Assembly (NCBI GenBank): GCA_964606865.1
Contig: CAZSIO010000001.1
Span: 1 to 34,082 of the forward strand
Direction: 5' to 3'
Source of the DNA: an uncultured Sideroxydans sp.
GTDB lineage: Bacteria; Pseudomonadota; Gammaproteobacteria; Burkholderiales; Gallionellaceae
Length of the DNA: 34,082 bases
Shown here: positions 1-7,913 of the stretch, piece after piece
Layout: the number at the start of each line of letters is the position of its first letter
Position numbering within the stretch: the first letter of the stretch is position 1
The notes under the pieces: generated by a model
The model's input: the letters and a program-made list of their open reading frames with translations, nothing else
What the model was told of the DNA's origin: nothing
Databases searched by the model: none
Translations under genes and position numbers: made by a program

Positions 1-1358
1 TCGTGTTGCGGCAGCATGGCCTGGACACGGCCATCCACGCCGATGACCGAGGTGACACCGGTGTTGGTGGCGCGCAGCATCATGCGGCCTGCCTCCAAAG
101 CGCGCATCTGCGACAACTGGTTGTGCTGCATGGCGGCGTGTGATTCGCCGTACCAGGCATCGTTGGTGACGTTCACCAGTAGTGTGGCTGCGGGCAGGGC
201 GCGGATAATTTCTTCGCCGAAGGCGTCTTCGTAACAGATGTTGACTGCGACCTTTTGCCCGGCAACATTCAGCGGCGCTTGTGCCGCGCCACCGCGGGCG
301 AGATCGCCCATCGGGATCTGCAACACCTCGTTGATGAGCCAGCCCAATACGCGGCGCAGCGGGATGAATTCGCCGAAGGGCACGAGGTGGTTTTTGCGAT
401 AGTGCTGGCTCTCCGCGCTGCCGAGGGAATAGACACTGTTGTAGTACCGGCCATCCTCTTTCTCGAAGGCACCGATGAGAATGTCTCCGCCGTTGCGGCG
501 CGCATGTTCGCCCAGCATGAGCTGGTAATTCAGCGGTACGTTGTCGCGCAGCAGCGGCACGGCGGTTTCCGGCAGCACAATCAGCCGCGCATCGCTGCCT
601 TCCACCAGGCGGCGATAGGTTTCCAGCGTGCCGATCAGCGTGCCTGCTTCAAATTTTTCATCCTGCGCGATGTTGCCTTGCAGCAAACTGACCTCAATCG
701 GCTCGCCCTGTGCCTGCGTCCATTCCACCGTGCGCAGCATGGCGCCACTCACCCAGAGCACGATCAGCACGAGCAAGGCGAACTTGCCCGGTCCGCTCCA
801 GCGCGCGCGCCACAGCAACAAAACCAGCGCTGCGCTCAGCGCCACGGCGAGTGACACGCCATACACCCCCAACAGCGGCGCATAGCCCGCCAACGGGCTG
901 TGCGGCACTTGCGAATAACCAACGGCGAGCCAGGGAAAACCGGTGAACAAAAATCCGTGCACCCATTCGGCCAGTGTCCACAGCGCAGGCATCAACCACA
1001 GGATGCGCACATTCGATGACACACGGCATCTTGCCTGGAGATAACCCGCCAATGCCGGGAGTGTCGCGTTGACCGCCGCGAACAACGCCGTTGCCAAGGC
1101 CGCCAGGAGGGGATGCATGTAGCCGTATACATGTAGCGCGACGTAAATCCAGCCGATGCCAAAGATGAACAACCCCATGCCAAAAGCGAAACCCAGCCCT
1201 GCGGCTTGCAACGGGCGCGGGAAACGACTCCATAACCAGAACAAAACGGCGAGCGCCAACAGCGGCAGTGGAAAGAGGTCGAACGGCGCAAAGCCCAACA
1301 CGGCGAGCGCGCCCGCGATGAAAGCGATCAGATAGGGATTGGCAATGAATGGGCGCAC
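1..1358 (-). CDS. lnt: Apolipoprotein N-acyltransferase (3' end runs off window)
   Basis: Manual translation: N-terminal TM segments (VRPFIANPYLIAFIAGALAVLGFAPF), TGFPW, ICYED, NVTNDAWYG and C-terminal MLRATNTGVTSVI motifs. GTG start at 1358 is preferred over ATG 1415 because a TATAAT box lies at 1386-1391. Confidence 0.93.
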   Translation of the reverse strand, partial: MRPFIANPYLIAFIAGALAVLGFAPFDLFPLPLLALAVLFWLWSRFPRPLQAAGLGFAFGMGLFIFGIGWIYVALHVYGYMHPLLAALATALFAAVNATLPALAGYLQARCRVSSNVRILWLMPALWTLAEWVHGFLFTGFPWLAVGYSQVPHSPLAGYAPLLGVYGVSLAVALSAALVLLLWRARWSGPGKFALLVLIVLWVSGAMLRTVEWTQAQGEPIEVSLLQGNIAQDEKFEAGTLIGTLETYRRLVEGSDARLIVLPETAVPLLRDNVPLNYQLMLGEHARRNGGDILIGAFEKEDGRYYNSVYSLGSAESQHYRKNHLVPFGEFIPLRRVLGWLINEVLQIPMGDLARGGAAQAPLNVAGQKVAVNICYEDAFGEEIIRALPAATLLVNVTNDAWYGESHAAMQHNQLSQMRALEAGRMMLRATNTGVTSVIGVDGRVQAMLPQH

Positions 1359-1380
1359 GGCATGGACTGCGAATTGATTT

Positions 1381-1391
1381 GCCGCATTATA
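1381..1391 (-). promoter_or_regulatory. Sigma-70 -10 box (TATAAT followed by GC-rich GCGGC) for lnt
   Basis: Minus strand reads GTATAATGCGGC about 25 nt before the lnt GTG. No clear -35 box. Confidence 0.5.
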
Positions 1392-1435
1392 CGGTGTAAC
1401 TTCGCGCCGCCTCATTACCCAAGCAACCCGCGCCC

Positions 1436-2062
1436 ATGCTCGATTTCACCGAATACACCAAAATCTTCATCAGCCTGTTCGCGATCATCGATCCGGTCGG
1501 CATCATTCCGATCATCATCGCGTTCACCGCCGGCATGAGCGCGCAAAAACGCGAACGGGTCGGGCGCGTGGCATCGCTGTCGGTGTTCGGCATCCTGCTC
1601 GCCGCGCTGTTGCTGGGCGAGGCGATCCTGTCTTTCTTCGGCATCAGCATCCACTCCTTCCGCACGGCGGGCGGCATCCTGCTGTTGCTGATGGCGATCA
1701 ATATGCTGATCGGCCACAAACAGGTGCCCGCGCCGGAAGACAATGCGGATACCGAATCCACCCAGTCCATCGCCATCGTGCCGCTGTCCACCCCGCTACT
1801 GGCCGGGCCGGGCGCGATCAGCACCGTGATCGTCGATGCACACAAGGCAAGCAGTGCCGGGCATTACGGCGTGATGGCGATGGTGCTGGTCGCCTTGAGC
1901 CTCACGGTATGGCTGACGTTTCTCGTCGCGCCCTGGGTCTCGCGCCGTCTGGGCAGCATCGGCAGCACCATCGTCACCCGCCTGATGGGCTTGCTGCTTG
2001 CCGCCATCGCGGTCGAATTCATCGCGGGCGGCCTGCGCGGGCTTTTCCCCACATTAGGATGA
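1436..2062 (+). CDS. marC: MarC family integral membrane protein
   Basis: ISLFAIIDPVG, FGISIHSFRTAGGILL, PLSTPLLAGPGAI and TRLMGLLLAAIAVE are MarC family signatures. Confidence 0.9.
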   Translation: MLDFTEYTKIFISLFAIIDPVGIIPIIIAFTAGMSAQKRERVGRVASLSVFGILLAALLLGEAILSFFGISIHSFRTAGGILLLLMAINMLIGHKQVPAPEDNADTESTQSIAIVPLSTPLLAGPGAISTVIVDAHKASSAGHYGVMAMVLVALSLTVWLTFLVAPWVSRRLGSIGSTIVTRLMGLLLAAIAVEFIAGGLRGLFPTLG

Positions 2063-2064
2063 TC

Positions 2065-2796
2065 ATGGAAAAAATTCGACTTTCGAAACTCATGTCCGCA
2101 CAAGGACTCTGCTCGCGCCGCGAAGCGGATGACTACATCGCCAGAGGCTGGGTGAAAGTGGACGGCGTGACCGTCAGCGAACTCGGCACCAAAATCCTGC
2201 CGACGCAAAAGATCACGCTGGAGCGCGCGGCACAGGCGAAACAGGCGGAACGCGTCACCCTCCTGTTGCACAAGCCGGTTGGCTATGTATCGGGGCAGGC
2301 GGAACAGGGTTACAAACCCGCGATCCTGCTGATCGACGCCTCGACACGCTGGGAACAGGATGCCTCACCGCTGCGTTTTCATCGCAGTCAATTCCTCAAC
2401 CTCGCCCCTGCAGGCCGGCTCGACATCGACTCGACCGGATTGCTGGTGCTGACCCAGGACGGGCGCATCGCCAAACAACTCGTCGGCGAGGACTCGCCCA
2501 TCGAAAAGGAATATCTGGTGCGCGTGCAAGGCAAAATCGACAGCAACGGACTCGCCATGCTCAATCATGGTCTGTCGCTGGACGGCAAGAAACTCAAACC
2601 GGCCAAAGTGAGCTGGCAGAACGACGATCAACTGCGCTTCATTTTGGTCGAAGGCAAGAAGCGCCAGATTCGCCGCATGTGCGAGATGGTGGGATTGAGA
2701 GTCAGCGCATTGAAGCGTGTGCGCATCGGAAAAGTAAGGCTGGGCGATCTGCCGCAGGGGCAGTGGCGCTACCTCGGCGAGGATGAGCGGTTCTAA
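2065..2796 (+). CDS. S4-domain rRNA pseudouridine synthase (RluB/RluF/RsuA family)
   Basis: S4 domain RLSKLMSAQGLCSRREAD, LHKPVGY, catalytic GRLD, KEYLV, EGKKRQIRRM. AGGA RBS before ATG 2065; ATG 2059 overlapping the marC stop is an alternative start. Confidence 0.9.
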   Translation: MEKIRLSKLMSAQGLCSRREADDYIARGWVKVDGVTVSELGTKILPTQKITLERAAQAKQAERVTLLLHKPVGYVSGQAEQGYKPAILLIDASTRWEQDASPLRFHRSQFLNLAPAGRLDIDSTGLLVLTQDGRIAKQLVGEDSPIEKEYLVRVQGKIDSNGLAMLNHGLSLDGKKLKPAKVSWQNDDQLRFILVEGKKRQIRRMCEMVGLRVSALKRVRIGKVRLGDLPQGQWRYLGEDERF

Positions 2797-2948
2797 ATAA
2801 GAGGTGTCGGCTGCCATCGCCGCAAACAAACACAAACTCATAAAGTTGTGCCATATAATGTCGCACGCAATACGTTCTGCCGTTGAGGTACCACAGTTTT
2901 AAAATCCCGGCCTAACTTGAAAAATATACGCCCAATACGCTGTCAACC

Positions 2949-3806
2949 ATGATCGCTTATCTGTCCACTTCGCTGGTTCTAATCGGCCTGATTATTCACG
3001 TGGCAACACTTGCACCGCTGCGCAGGCTGATCGCGATCATCCCTGCCGGGACACTGCGCAATAAGTGGCTGGCCATGACTGGCCTGGTTTTTATCTTCAT
3101 CGCCGGTTATGCGGGCTACATCGTGGTACTTTGGGGCCAACAGATTGAGTGGTACGAACTCCCCATTCCCGGCATATTTCTATTCGGCTCTCTGTTTGTG
3201 TGGTCAACGATAACGCTTTCGCTGCAAACCGCTGTTGATCTGCGGCGGATTGATATACTTGAATCCGAGAACATCACCGATCCGCTGACGAAGGTTCACA
3301 ACCGGCGCTATCTGGATCGTCGCCTTGCGGAAGAAGTCGCACGCTCAACCAGATACGCTCTCGACCTTTCCGTGCTGATGCTCGACATCGATCATTTCAA
3401 GCAGGTCAATGACAGCTATGGACACCAGGCCGGTGATGTCACATTGAGTATTTTAGGCAGCATGGTTAAGGCTGCTCTGCGCGACCTGGATGTGGTCGCG
3501 CGCTATGGAGGAGAAGAGTTTCTGGTGATTTGTACCAATACCGCCCTCGATGGGGCTGCATTGGTGGCAGAGCGCCTGCGCCATCTGGTTGAGTCGCATC
3601 CAATCGAGATTACTGAGGACTCCGGTGCAAGCCAAACCATTCAGATCAGCATCAGCATTGGTGCGGCAGGCTTAAGCGCGAGCGTTGATAGCCCAGAGAA
3701 GCTGATTCAAGCCGCAGACCGCGCGCTGTACCGTGCAAAAGAACAAGGCAGGAACCGCGTCATCGTTGCCGCGGCTGAAGTCATGGAATCCGCAACACCC
3801 TCATAG
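2949..3806 (+). CDS. Membrane-anchored diguanylate cyclase
   Basis: About three N-terminal hydrophobic segments, TDPLT, DIDHFKQVNDSYGH, I-site RDLD, intact GGEEF, ADRALYRAK. Confidence 0.92.
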   Translation: MIAYLSTSLVLIGLIIHVATLAPLRRLIAIIPAGTLRNKWLAMTGLVFIFIAGYAGYIVVLWGQQIEWYELPIPGIFLFGSLFVWSTITLSLQTAVDLRRIDILESENITDPLTKVHNRRYLDRRLAEEVARSTRYALDLSVLMLDIDHFKQVNDSYGHQAGDVTLSILGSMVKAALRDLDVVARYGGEEFLVICTNTALDGAALVAERLRHLVESHPIEITEDSGASQTIQISISIGAAGLSASVDSPEKLIQAADRALYRAKEQGRNRVIVAAAEVMESATPS

Positions 3807-3846
3807 CAATACACCAGTTTTATAACTGGCCGCCCCGTGGCGTGCT

Positions 3847-4713
3847 TCAATGTTCCGCTGTTTCGCCAGGTACCAACGCGCGCTCCACCGACAGTGAATA
3901 CAGCCTGCGGCTATCGGCGCGTAACACGGTGAATTTGCATTCGCCGATCTGAAAATTTTCCCCGCGCTTGGGCAATTGACCCGCCGCCTTGAGCACGAGA
4001 CCGCCAATGGTGTCGCAATCTTCGTCGCTGAATTCGGTGCCAAGCGCTTCGTTGAAGTCGGCGATTTCGGTGTCTGCCTTGACGCGCCAGTGCGAATCGT
4101 CCTTGCGGATGATGTTGTCTTCATCCTCGTCGAAGTCGAATTCGTCGGCGATGTCGCCGACGATCTGCTCCAGCACATCTTCAATCGTCACCATGCCGCA
4201 CACCCCGCCGTATTCATCCACCACCAGAGCCAGGTGATTATGGTTGCTGCGAAAATCGCGCAGCAACACATTGAGGCGTTTTGATTCGGGCACAAACACG
4301 GCCGGGCGCAACATATCGCGCACGTCGAACTCCTCGCCCGCGTAGTAACGCAGCAGGTCTTTCGCCAATAGGATGCCGATGATGTTGTCCTTGTCGCCAT
4401 CGGTAACGGGAAAGCGGGAGTGCGCGGTCTCGATGACAAAGGGAACGAATTGCTCCAGCGGCTGGCTGATGTCGATGACATCCATCTGCGCGCGCGGAAT
4501 CATGATTTCGCGCACCTGGCTTTCGGCAACCTGGATCACACCTTCCATCATGGAAAGCGCATCGGCATCAAGCAGGTTGCGCTGATAGGCGCTGTACAAC
4601 AGCGCGATGAGCTGCTCGCGATCTTCCGGCTCCCGCAACAACATCATGGAGAGCCGTTCCAACAAGGTGGGTTTGTTGCTGTTGCTGCTACTGTCTGAAC
4701 CGTCCATCACCAA
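3847..4713 (-). CDS. corC: CBS-CorC domain Mg/Co efflux protein
   Basis: IMIPRAQM, HSRFPV, VVDEYGG, TIEDVLEQIVGDIADEFD, DTIGG; directly downstream of ybeY. Confidence 0.92.
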   Translation of the reverse strand: MVMDGSDSSSNSNKPTLLERLSMMLLREPEDREQLIALLYSAYQRNLLDADALSMMEGVIQVAESQVREIMIPRAQMDVIDISQPLEQFVPFVIETAHSRFPVTDGDKDNIIGILLAKDLLRYYAGEEFDVRDMLRPAVFVPESKRLNVLLRDFRSNHNHLALVVDEYGGVCGMVTIEDVLEQIVGDIADEFDFDEDEDNIIRKDDSHWRVKADTEIADFNEALGTEFSDEDCDTIGGLVLKAAGQLPKRGENFQIGECKFTVLRADSRRLYSLSVERALVPGETAEH

Positions 4714-4716
4714 ACA

Positions 4717-5163
4717 TCAACTAATGAGATAGGGCGCAGGATACCGTAATTTGAGGAGCAACGCAGTCTCGCGCGCTTCCATCCTGTCTGCCTCGCGCTG
4801 CTTTTGGTGGTCATAACCCTGCAGATGCAGCGCGGCATGGAGGGTCAGATGCGCGTAATGGGCGAGCAGCTCCTTGCCCTGCTCCTTCGCCTCGCGTTCC
4901 ACCACCGGCGCGCAGATCACGACATCGCCATACAGGGGCAAACGCTCATCGTAAACAAACGTGAGGACATTGGTGGCGTAATCCTTGCCCCGATAGGCCA
5001 GGTTCAATGCACGCCCCTCGATCTCATCCACAATGCGCAACGCCATCTGCACATCCCGCTCCAGCGCGACTTTTACCCAGCGGCGAAATTGCTGCCGCGT
5101 CGGCATTTTTTTGGCATTGCTGGCGTACTGCACCGACAGCGACAGTTTATGGGCGTCAGTCAT
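4717..5163 (-). CDS. ybeY: rRNA maturation endoribonuclease YbeY
   Basis: YRGKDYATNVLTF and the metal motif HAALHLQGYDH. Confidence 0.95.
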   Translation of the reverse strand: MTDAHKLSLSVQYASNAKKMPTRQQFRRWVKVALERDVQMALRIVDEIEGRALNLAYRGKDYATNVLTFVYDERLPLYGDVVICAPVVEREAKEQGKELLAHYAHLTLHAALHLQGYDHQKQREADRMEARETALLLKLRYPAPYLIS

Positions 5164-5173
5164 GGCGTTGCGT

Positions 5174-6499
5174 TCATGTCACCACTTCGCCGCGCAGGGT
5201 ATGCAGGGTCCCGGACAGAATTCGCACCTCCACATAGCGCCCCAACATGCCCGGTGATCCGGCGAAATTCACCACCCGATTATTTTCCGTGCGGCCCGCC
5301 ATCTCCTGTTCACTCTTGCGCGAAACATTTTCCACCAGCACTCGCTGCACTGTCCCCGCCATCGCATGGCTGACTTGCTGCTCCAGCTCGGTGATGCGCG
5401 CTTGCAACCGATGCAAGCGCGCCAGCTTGGTATCGTGCGACGTATCGTCGGCCATCTCGGCAGCCGGTGTACCGGGGCGCGGACTGAAAAGGAAACTGAA
5501 ACTGGCATCGAATCCGACTTCGCCGATCAGCTTCATGGTCGCCTCGAAATCCGCATCGGTCTCGCCGGGAAAACCGATGATGAAATCCGAAGTGATCGAA
5601 ATATCCGGCCGCGCCGCGCGCAGCTTGCGCACGATGGACTTGTATTCCAGCGCGGTGTAGCCGCGCTTCATCGCGGCCAGAATGCGATCGGAACCGGATT
5701 GCACCGGCAGATGCAGATGACCGGCCAGCTTGGGCGTGGTGGCATACAGATCGATCAGGCGCTGCGACATTTCGCGCGGATGCGAAGTGGTGTAACGCAG
5801 ACGCTGCACCAGGGGCTTTGCGGCGATGGCCTGCAACAGGAAGGCGAAATCGACGGTATCGCCCTCTTCCGTCTCGCCCTGATACGCATTCACGTTCTGC
5901 CCCAGCAGGGTGATCTCGCTCACCCCTTGCGCCGTCAGGCCGTCCACTTCGCGCAGCACATCCTCAAAAGGACGCGACAGCTCCTCGCCGCGCGTATAGG
6001 GCACCACGCAGAACGTGCAGTACTTGCTGCACCCTTCCATGATGGAAACGAACGCCGTGCCGTGCGCGGTCTGCGCGTCGGGCAGATGATCAAATTTCTC
6101 GATTTCAGGGAAACTGATGTCCACCTGCGACTTGCCGCTGGCGCGCCGCGCCGCGATCAGTTGCGGTAAGCGATGCAGGGTCTGCGGGCCGAACACCACA
6201 TCCACATAGGGCGCGCGCCTGATGATCGCCTCACCCTCCTGGCTCGCCACGCAACCGCCCACGCCGATCAGCAAATTCGGGTTGCGCTGCTTCAACGCGC
6301 GCGCACGTCCCAAATCAGAGAAAACTTTCTCCTCCGCCTTCTCGCGGATCGAACAGGTGTTGAACAAAATGATGTCCGCCTCTTCCGGCTGGTCGATCTG
6401 CGTCATGCCCTCACAGGCATGCAACACATCGGCCATCTTGTCCGAGTCGTACTCGTTCATCTGGCAGCCGTAGGTCTTGATGTAAAGCTTGGTTGTCAT
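5174..6499 (-). CDS. miaB: tRNA-2-methylthio-N6-isopentenyladenosine synthase
   Basis: [21 protein letters not shown], radical-SAM [14 protein letters not shown]-terminal TRAM domain. ATG 6499 follows AAAGG. Confidence 0.97.
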   Translation of the reverse strand: MTTKLYIKTYGCQMNEYDSDKMADVLHACEGMTQIDQPEEADIILFNTCSIREKAEEKVFSDLGRARALKQRNPNLLIGVGGCVASQEGEAIIRRAPYVDVVFGPQTLHRLPQLIAARRASGKSQVDISFPEIEKFDHLPDAQTAHGTAFVSIMEGCSKYCTFCVVPYTRGEELSRPFEDVLREVDGLTAQGVSEITLLGQNVNAYQGETEEGDTVDFAFLLQAIAAKPLVQRLRYTTSHPREMSQRLIDLYATTPKLAGHLHLPVQSGSDRILAAMKRGYTALEYKSIVRKLRAARPDISITSDFIIGFPGETDADFEATMKLIGEVGFDASFSFLFSPRPGTPAAEMADDTSHDTKLARLHRLQARITELEQQVSHAMAGTVQRVLVENVSRKSEQEMAGRTENNRVVNFAGSPGMLGRYVEVRILSGTLHTLRGEVVT

Positions 6500-6652
6500 A
6501 CTGCCTTTCGCACTCAATGGTACTGATGCCGAGGCGGGAACAGCCCCATAACAAAAGGGATATTCCCGACCAATCTACTCATATAATAATTCCGGCTCGA
6601 GTCGATTCAATTGGGCCATCTTACAAAAAAACATTTACCTAAAGGGGAATAC

Positions 6653-6748
6653 ATGTCTTATATCGCAGATTTCACTGCCATCGGCGTCGCCATCTTCGCG
6701 GTCGGTTTTGCCATCTGGATCACCCTTCAACTCTTCGTTAAAGAGTAA
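6653..6748 (+). CDS. Putative 31-aa single-TM micro-protein (MSYIADFTAIGVAIFAVGFAIWITLQLFVKE)
   Basis: AAGGGG RBS just upstream of ATG, hydrophobic core, downstream hairpin, and a clear paralog at 6926-7024. Below the ORF-track size cutoff. Confidence 0.7.
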   Translation: MSYIADFTAIGVAIFAVGFAIWITLQLFVKE

Positions 6749-6756
6749 CCAACACA

Positions 6757-6777
6757 GGCTGGGGGCAATCCCCAGCC
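6757..6777 (+). terminator. GC-rich hairpin after micro-ORF 1
   Basis: GGCTGGGG-GCAAT-CCCCAGCC perfect 8-bp stem. No immediate U-tract, so it may be a stabiliser rather than a terminator. Confidence 0.45.
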
Positions 6778-6797
6778 CGCCCCCCGGTTTCCAATTT

Positions 6798-6820
6798 ACC
6801 CTGTAGCCGAGTTACAGGGT
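6798..6820 (+). other. Second hairpin between the micro-ORFs
   Basis: ACCCTGTAGC-CGA-GTTACAGGGT, 10-bp stem with one G-U pair on the + strand. Confidence 0.45.
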
Positions 6821-6925
6821 CGGGTATTCTTTTGCAAAAAATCGCCAACCCGAATGTTTGTGCTACGATTCTCCCCGCTGTCTTTGTTGTTATGTTCAAC
6901 TTGAATCTCTGGGAGGGGAAATATT

Positions 6926-7024
6926 ATGTCTTTGATCGCTGATCTGTCTGCTATCGGTACCGCTGCAGCTGCTGTCATTTTTTCGCTGTGGATGCTGAAA
7001 CAGTTGTTCTCCGACAATCAATAA
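6926..7024 (+). CDS. Putative 32-aa single-TM micro-protein (MSLIADLSAIGTAAAAVIFSLWMLKQLFSDNQ)
   Basis: GGGAGGGG RBS; 16 of 31 residues identical, without gaps, to the 6653-6748 peptide. Confidence 0.7.
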   Translation: MSLIADLSAIGTAAAAVIFSLWMLKQLFSDNQ

Positions 7025-7037
7025 ACAGTCGGTACTG

Positions 7038-7488
7038 ATCGAGTAGGGGACGGAGTTACCCCCGTCGCCCTCTCACACCACCGTACATGCGGTTCCGCAT
7101 ACGGCGGTTTCTTAAACATGCTGGAAGCGTTGCTGTGTATCCAGCAACGAAACCAACCCCAGTGCATCAAAGAAGCGTTTTGGATAAGCCTCGTTCATGT
7201 GACTCGCTCCGGCGTTCCACCAAGGGCCACGCCCGTTGCTTGCCGATTTCCATGCCCGCGTCTCATCCAAACCTCGCGCTTGAAGCCGCTTATTCCGGGT
7301 GGCAGGGCACTTCCATTGCCGCCATAACAGGCAGCGCAGTTTGCTGCCGAATCCATCCGTCAAGTTCCTGAACACACCTTTTACCTCGGTCAGTTGAAAG
7401 TACGATGTCCAGCTACGCAGCACAGGGTTGACCGCTTCGACCGTTTTGCTGAGATTGCGCGAGGCATTTCCGACTATGATCTCATCCT
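7038..7488 (-). mobile_element. 5'-truncated group II intron (class C-like): maturase C-terminus plus RNA domains V and VI
   Basis: Minus strand AACCGCCGTATGCGGAACCGCATGTACGGTGGT (domain V, CGC triad), then GAGAGG and domain VI ending CCCTACTCGAT at 7038. Left (3') boundary is exact; right boundary is approximate. Confidence 0.92.
7112..7488 (-). pseudogene. ltrA: Group II intron reverse transcriptase/maturase fragment (domain X only)
   Basis: NPVLRSWTSYF, LRCLLWRQWK, NGRGPWWNAGASHMNEAYPKRFFDALGLVSL. No RT core (no YADD) and no endonuclease domain. Confidence 0.88.
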
Positions 7489-7490
7489 GC

Positions 7491-7709
7491 TCAGGCAATG
7501 CTGTGCAACTTAGCCTTAGTTTCGCCTTCGATCGTTTGTTCGGCTTCACATATTTGCTTCGCAGGTTCTTCGTCGGCACTTATACCGTCCTTGAACCCTT
7601 TCACTGCACCGCCAAGATCGCTCCCTATGTTGCGTAGCTTCTTTGTGCCAAAGACAAGAACCACCACTAACAATACGATCAGCCAGTGCCAAATACTCAT
7701 CGAGCCCAT
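7491..7709 (-). CDS. tatA: Twin-arginine translocase subunit TatA
   Basis: [42 protein letters not shown]; AGGAG RBS 6 nt before ATG 7709. Confidence 0.95.
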   Translation of the reverse strand: MGSMSIWHWLIVLLVVVLVFGTKKLRNIGSDLGGAVKGFKDGISADEEPAKQICEAEQTIEGETKAKLHSIA

Positions 7710-7772
7710 CTTCATCTCCTATTGATATTGGATCGATTCAGTTCTATTCGATCTGAATCCTCACTAGATGAC

Positions 7773-7788
7773 AGCAACCTTTGTGCCG
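7773..7788 (-). promoter_or_regulatory. Sigma-54 -24/-12 promoter for tatA
   Basis: CGGCAC-AAAGG-TTGCT (GG-N10-GC), correct strand, 64 nt upstream of the start codon. Confidence 0.65.
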
Positions 7789-7913
7789 ATGCAAAAAAAT
7801 CACGTTTTCTGCTTCTCCACAAGGGGTTCACCTCTTCTTTAGGCAGACTCTCCCATCAGTTGCAGTCCGCTTTGATAACTTGAATAGAAAGCAGCTAACC
7901 ACTATCGGTGCGG

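Noticed and set aside
2838-2853. TGGCAC on the minus strand as a sigma-54 promoter
   Set aside because: No TTGC/TTGT at -12, and it points antisense into the pseudouridine synthase gene.
6518-6528. TGGTACTGATG (and GGTACTGAT at 7031-7039) as an att duplicate of the tRNA end TGGTGGTGATAG
   Set aside because: Only 8 of 10 identity over a very short stretch, which cannot be distinguished from chance without the full tRNA.
6796-7017. 73-aa minus-strand ORF
   Set aside because: Antisense to micro-ORF 2, which has a strong RBS and a paralog.
7489-7579. N-terminal extension of ORF 7112-7579 as a tatA-maturase fusion
   Set aside because: It is an alternative frame of the tatA 3' end with no RBS; tatA has its own stop at 7491.
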